From the NCBI GenBank assembly GCA_045863235.1, contig BTUM01000121.1:1-18326 (forward strand): DNA of 18,326 nt, in the 5' to 3' direction. Under the pieces are notes generated by a model. That model saw only the letters and a list, made by a program, of their open reading frames with translations. It did not search any database and was not told the DNA's origin. Source of the DNA: Candidatus Xenobia bacterium (GTDB lineage Bacteria > Vulcanimicrobiota > Xenobia > Xenobiales > QWHO01). This document shows, piece after piece, positions 17,094 to 18,326 of the stretch (its first letter is position 1; every line of letters starts with the position of its first letter). Position numbers and translations under genes: made by a program.

Positions 17094-17393
17094 ATGATGA
17101 AGAAGTTCCTTGCGATGGCCTTGCTGGTCACGCTGTCTAGCGGCACTCTGTTCCTGACCGGCTGTGGCGCCCCGCCCGAGCCGGCTGGTACCGGAACCAC
17201 CACCGGTACCACCACCACTACGGGCGGCGGCGGAACCACGGGCGCAGCCGCCACCACGGGCGGAACCACCGCCTCCCCCAGCCCTGGCGATGCCAGCCCG
17301 AGTCCGGCCGACACCGCGTCGCCCTCGGGTGACGCCGCGTCGCCTGACGCCGCCGCCTCGCCTGACGCCTCCCCCTCGGATGCCCCCCAGTAG
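17094..17393 (+). CDS. Small low-complexity lipoprotein
   Basis: SD AAGGAG. MMKKFLAMALLVTLSSGTLFLTGC (lipobox LTGC, Cys24). The mature part contains only G/A/T/P/S/D/E/Q, with DASPS-like repeats. Confidence 0.85.
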   Translation: MMKKFLAMALLVTLSSGTLFLTGCGAPPEPAGTGTTTGTTTTTGGGGTTGAAATTGGTTASPSPGDASPSPADTASPSGDAASPDAAASPDASPSDAPQ

Positions 17394-17415
17394 AGTCTGA
17401 CGCGAGACCGGACCG

Positions 17416-17475
17416 CTCAGACGGTAAGGAAGAGACCGTCTGAGACCACGAAGACGCCGCCCCCGGCGTCTTCGT
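17416..17475 (+). terminator. Tandem stem-loops downstream of the small lipoprotein (terminator or 3' stabiliser)
   Basis: ctcagacggt/accgtctgag (17416-17425/17435-17444, 10 bp) and acgaagacgccg/cggcgtcttcgt (17448-17459/17464-17475, 12 bp). No clear U-tract. Confidence 0.55.
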
Positions 17476-17504
17476 CATGTACTGGGGTTCATGGTGGTGA
17501 AGGT

Positions 17505-17750
17505 GGACCCCCCGCGCGATAGTATGCGCAAAGCGACGGCTCGCCCCGCGCGAACCGGCCCGGCGCAGGTCCCTCTGACTGGAGTGGGCCACGCGAACCG
17601 AAGTGGGCCACGCGAGCCCAGCCCGCGCTACCGACCAGTATGCGCAAAGCGGCCCCAGAGCAACGACTCGCGCCCCGCGCCATCGACCGGGTGTGCGCCC
17701 ACGCGGACCCGGAGCACAGAGCGGGCCCGGCAACAGTTCTCACGGCGGCT
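17505..17750 (-). repeat. Modular intergenic repeat element (family 1, copy R, inverted relative to copy L)
   Basis: 17536-17598 is the reverse complement of 14231-14293 with 3 mismatches in 63 nt. The 36-nt module occurs at 17637-17672, with an 11-nt-deleted copy at 17521-17545. The atcgcgcgggggg module is shared with 14399-14412. Confidence 0.9.
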
Positions 17751-17759
17751 CCAAAGATG

Positions 17760-18060
17760 AAGGGCCTGACTTCTCCGCGCACCGATCCTGAGGTTGAAGA
17801 ATTCCGGAGAGACTCTTCTTGAGCGTTGCTTAGAAGTCCGGCCGCCTACAACACGCACGGTGGCCGCCGCGAGCTTAGACACCCCAGGGGGGTTGCGGCC
17901 GGACCTCGGCACGAGCAGGCTGAGTGTCGAAGCAGTGCTCCGCCACCACAAGATTGTGTAGGGCATCAGCCTGCCACAATCTGTTGAGCGCAGGATGATG
18001 CAAGAGCCCTCTTGCATCACTCTGCTAGAGGGGCTCCCGGAAACCCCCTTGAGCTTTCCT
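17760..18060. ncRNA. Candidate structured non-coding RNA or structured ssDNA element of unrecognised family (strand uncertain, minus slightly favoured)
   Basis: Six stems in about 300 nt, no convincing ORF, and lower GC than the CDSs (see finding). Confidence 0.35.
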
Positions 18061-18109
18061 GCTGCGCGACGCGCCCGCCTGAACGATCAAACGAGCAAAG
18101 TTTCGATAC

Positions 18110-18326
18110 CGCCGGTATTAATTTCGAGCATGCGTTCGATTCTTCCGGGCTCCGGGAACCGACCACTCAGAACGCCCAGTCCCATCTGCGCGGTAAGCCC
18201 GCTTCTGATGCTGGGCGGGGGTTGGCTGTCCCGCGCCCCTGGCGCCGGTGTCAATTTTCGGGCCCGGCTCGATCTTCCCCGGGTCCCAGGAGCCGACCAT
18301 TCCGAACGTTGGCTGTCCCGCGCCCC
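18110..18326 (+). repeat. Second modular repeat family at the right edge (probably truncated)
   Basis: Diverged ~65-nt direct repeat at 18110-18174 and 18243-18308. Exact 19-mer gttggctgtcccgcgcccc at 18221-18239 and 18308-18326. Confidence 0.8.

Noticed and set aside
17416..17444. SRP RNA (aaggaag loop)
   Set aside because: It lacks the CAGG...GGAA...AGCAG helix-8 internal loops and is a simple perfect hairpin.
17628..18020. 130-aa minus-strand ORF and other short ORFs in 17489-18300
   Set aside because: No recognisable motifs, they run through repeat modules, and the 18020 start lies within a strong hairpin.
17760..18170. tmRNA, RNase P RNA, tRNA, group II intron or HDV-like ribozyme
   Set aside because: There is no tRNA-like acceptor/T-arm pairing (gttcgattc at ~18134 lacks a stem) and no tag ORF. 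CAGGAAAGCTC on minus only loosely resembles the RNase P GAGGAAAGTCC and the 3' conserved element is missing. No complete domain V is present, and the crossing stems leave only 7 nt where HDV needs P3/L3.

Overview
GC-rich bacterial window with ten credible CDSs. On + from the left: a 5'-truncated membrane-anchored protein with 15-aa Pro-rich tandem repeats, a 738-aa Ig-like surface lipoprotein with a strong terminator, and a small lipoprotein. A co-directional minus-strand trio follows: MscS, a TPR protein and a 2444-aa giant protein. Then come an EamA/DMT transporter (probably leaderless), an lgt-DUF4013 pair, and a tiny disordered lipoprotein divergent from lgt. The most notable item is the giant protein: an N-terminal sacsin/NOV-type GHKL (Hsp90-like) ATPase, about 13 degenerate 80-105-aa repeats, and a C-terminal transglutaminase-like domain with a Cys-His-Asp triad where such proteins commonly carry a nuclease. 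Non-coding DNA includes a modular repeat family in two inverted copies (~14110-14450 and ~17505-17750), a ~300-nt hairpin-dense candidate ncRNA (17760-18060) and a second repeat family at the right edge. No rRNA, tRNA, CRISPR array or transposase was recognised. All family calls are from motif recognition by eye, with no database search.
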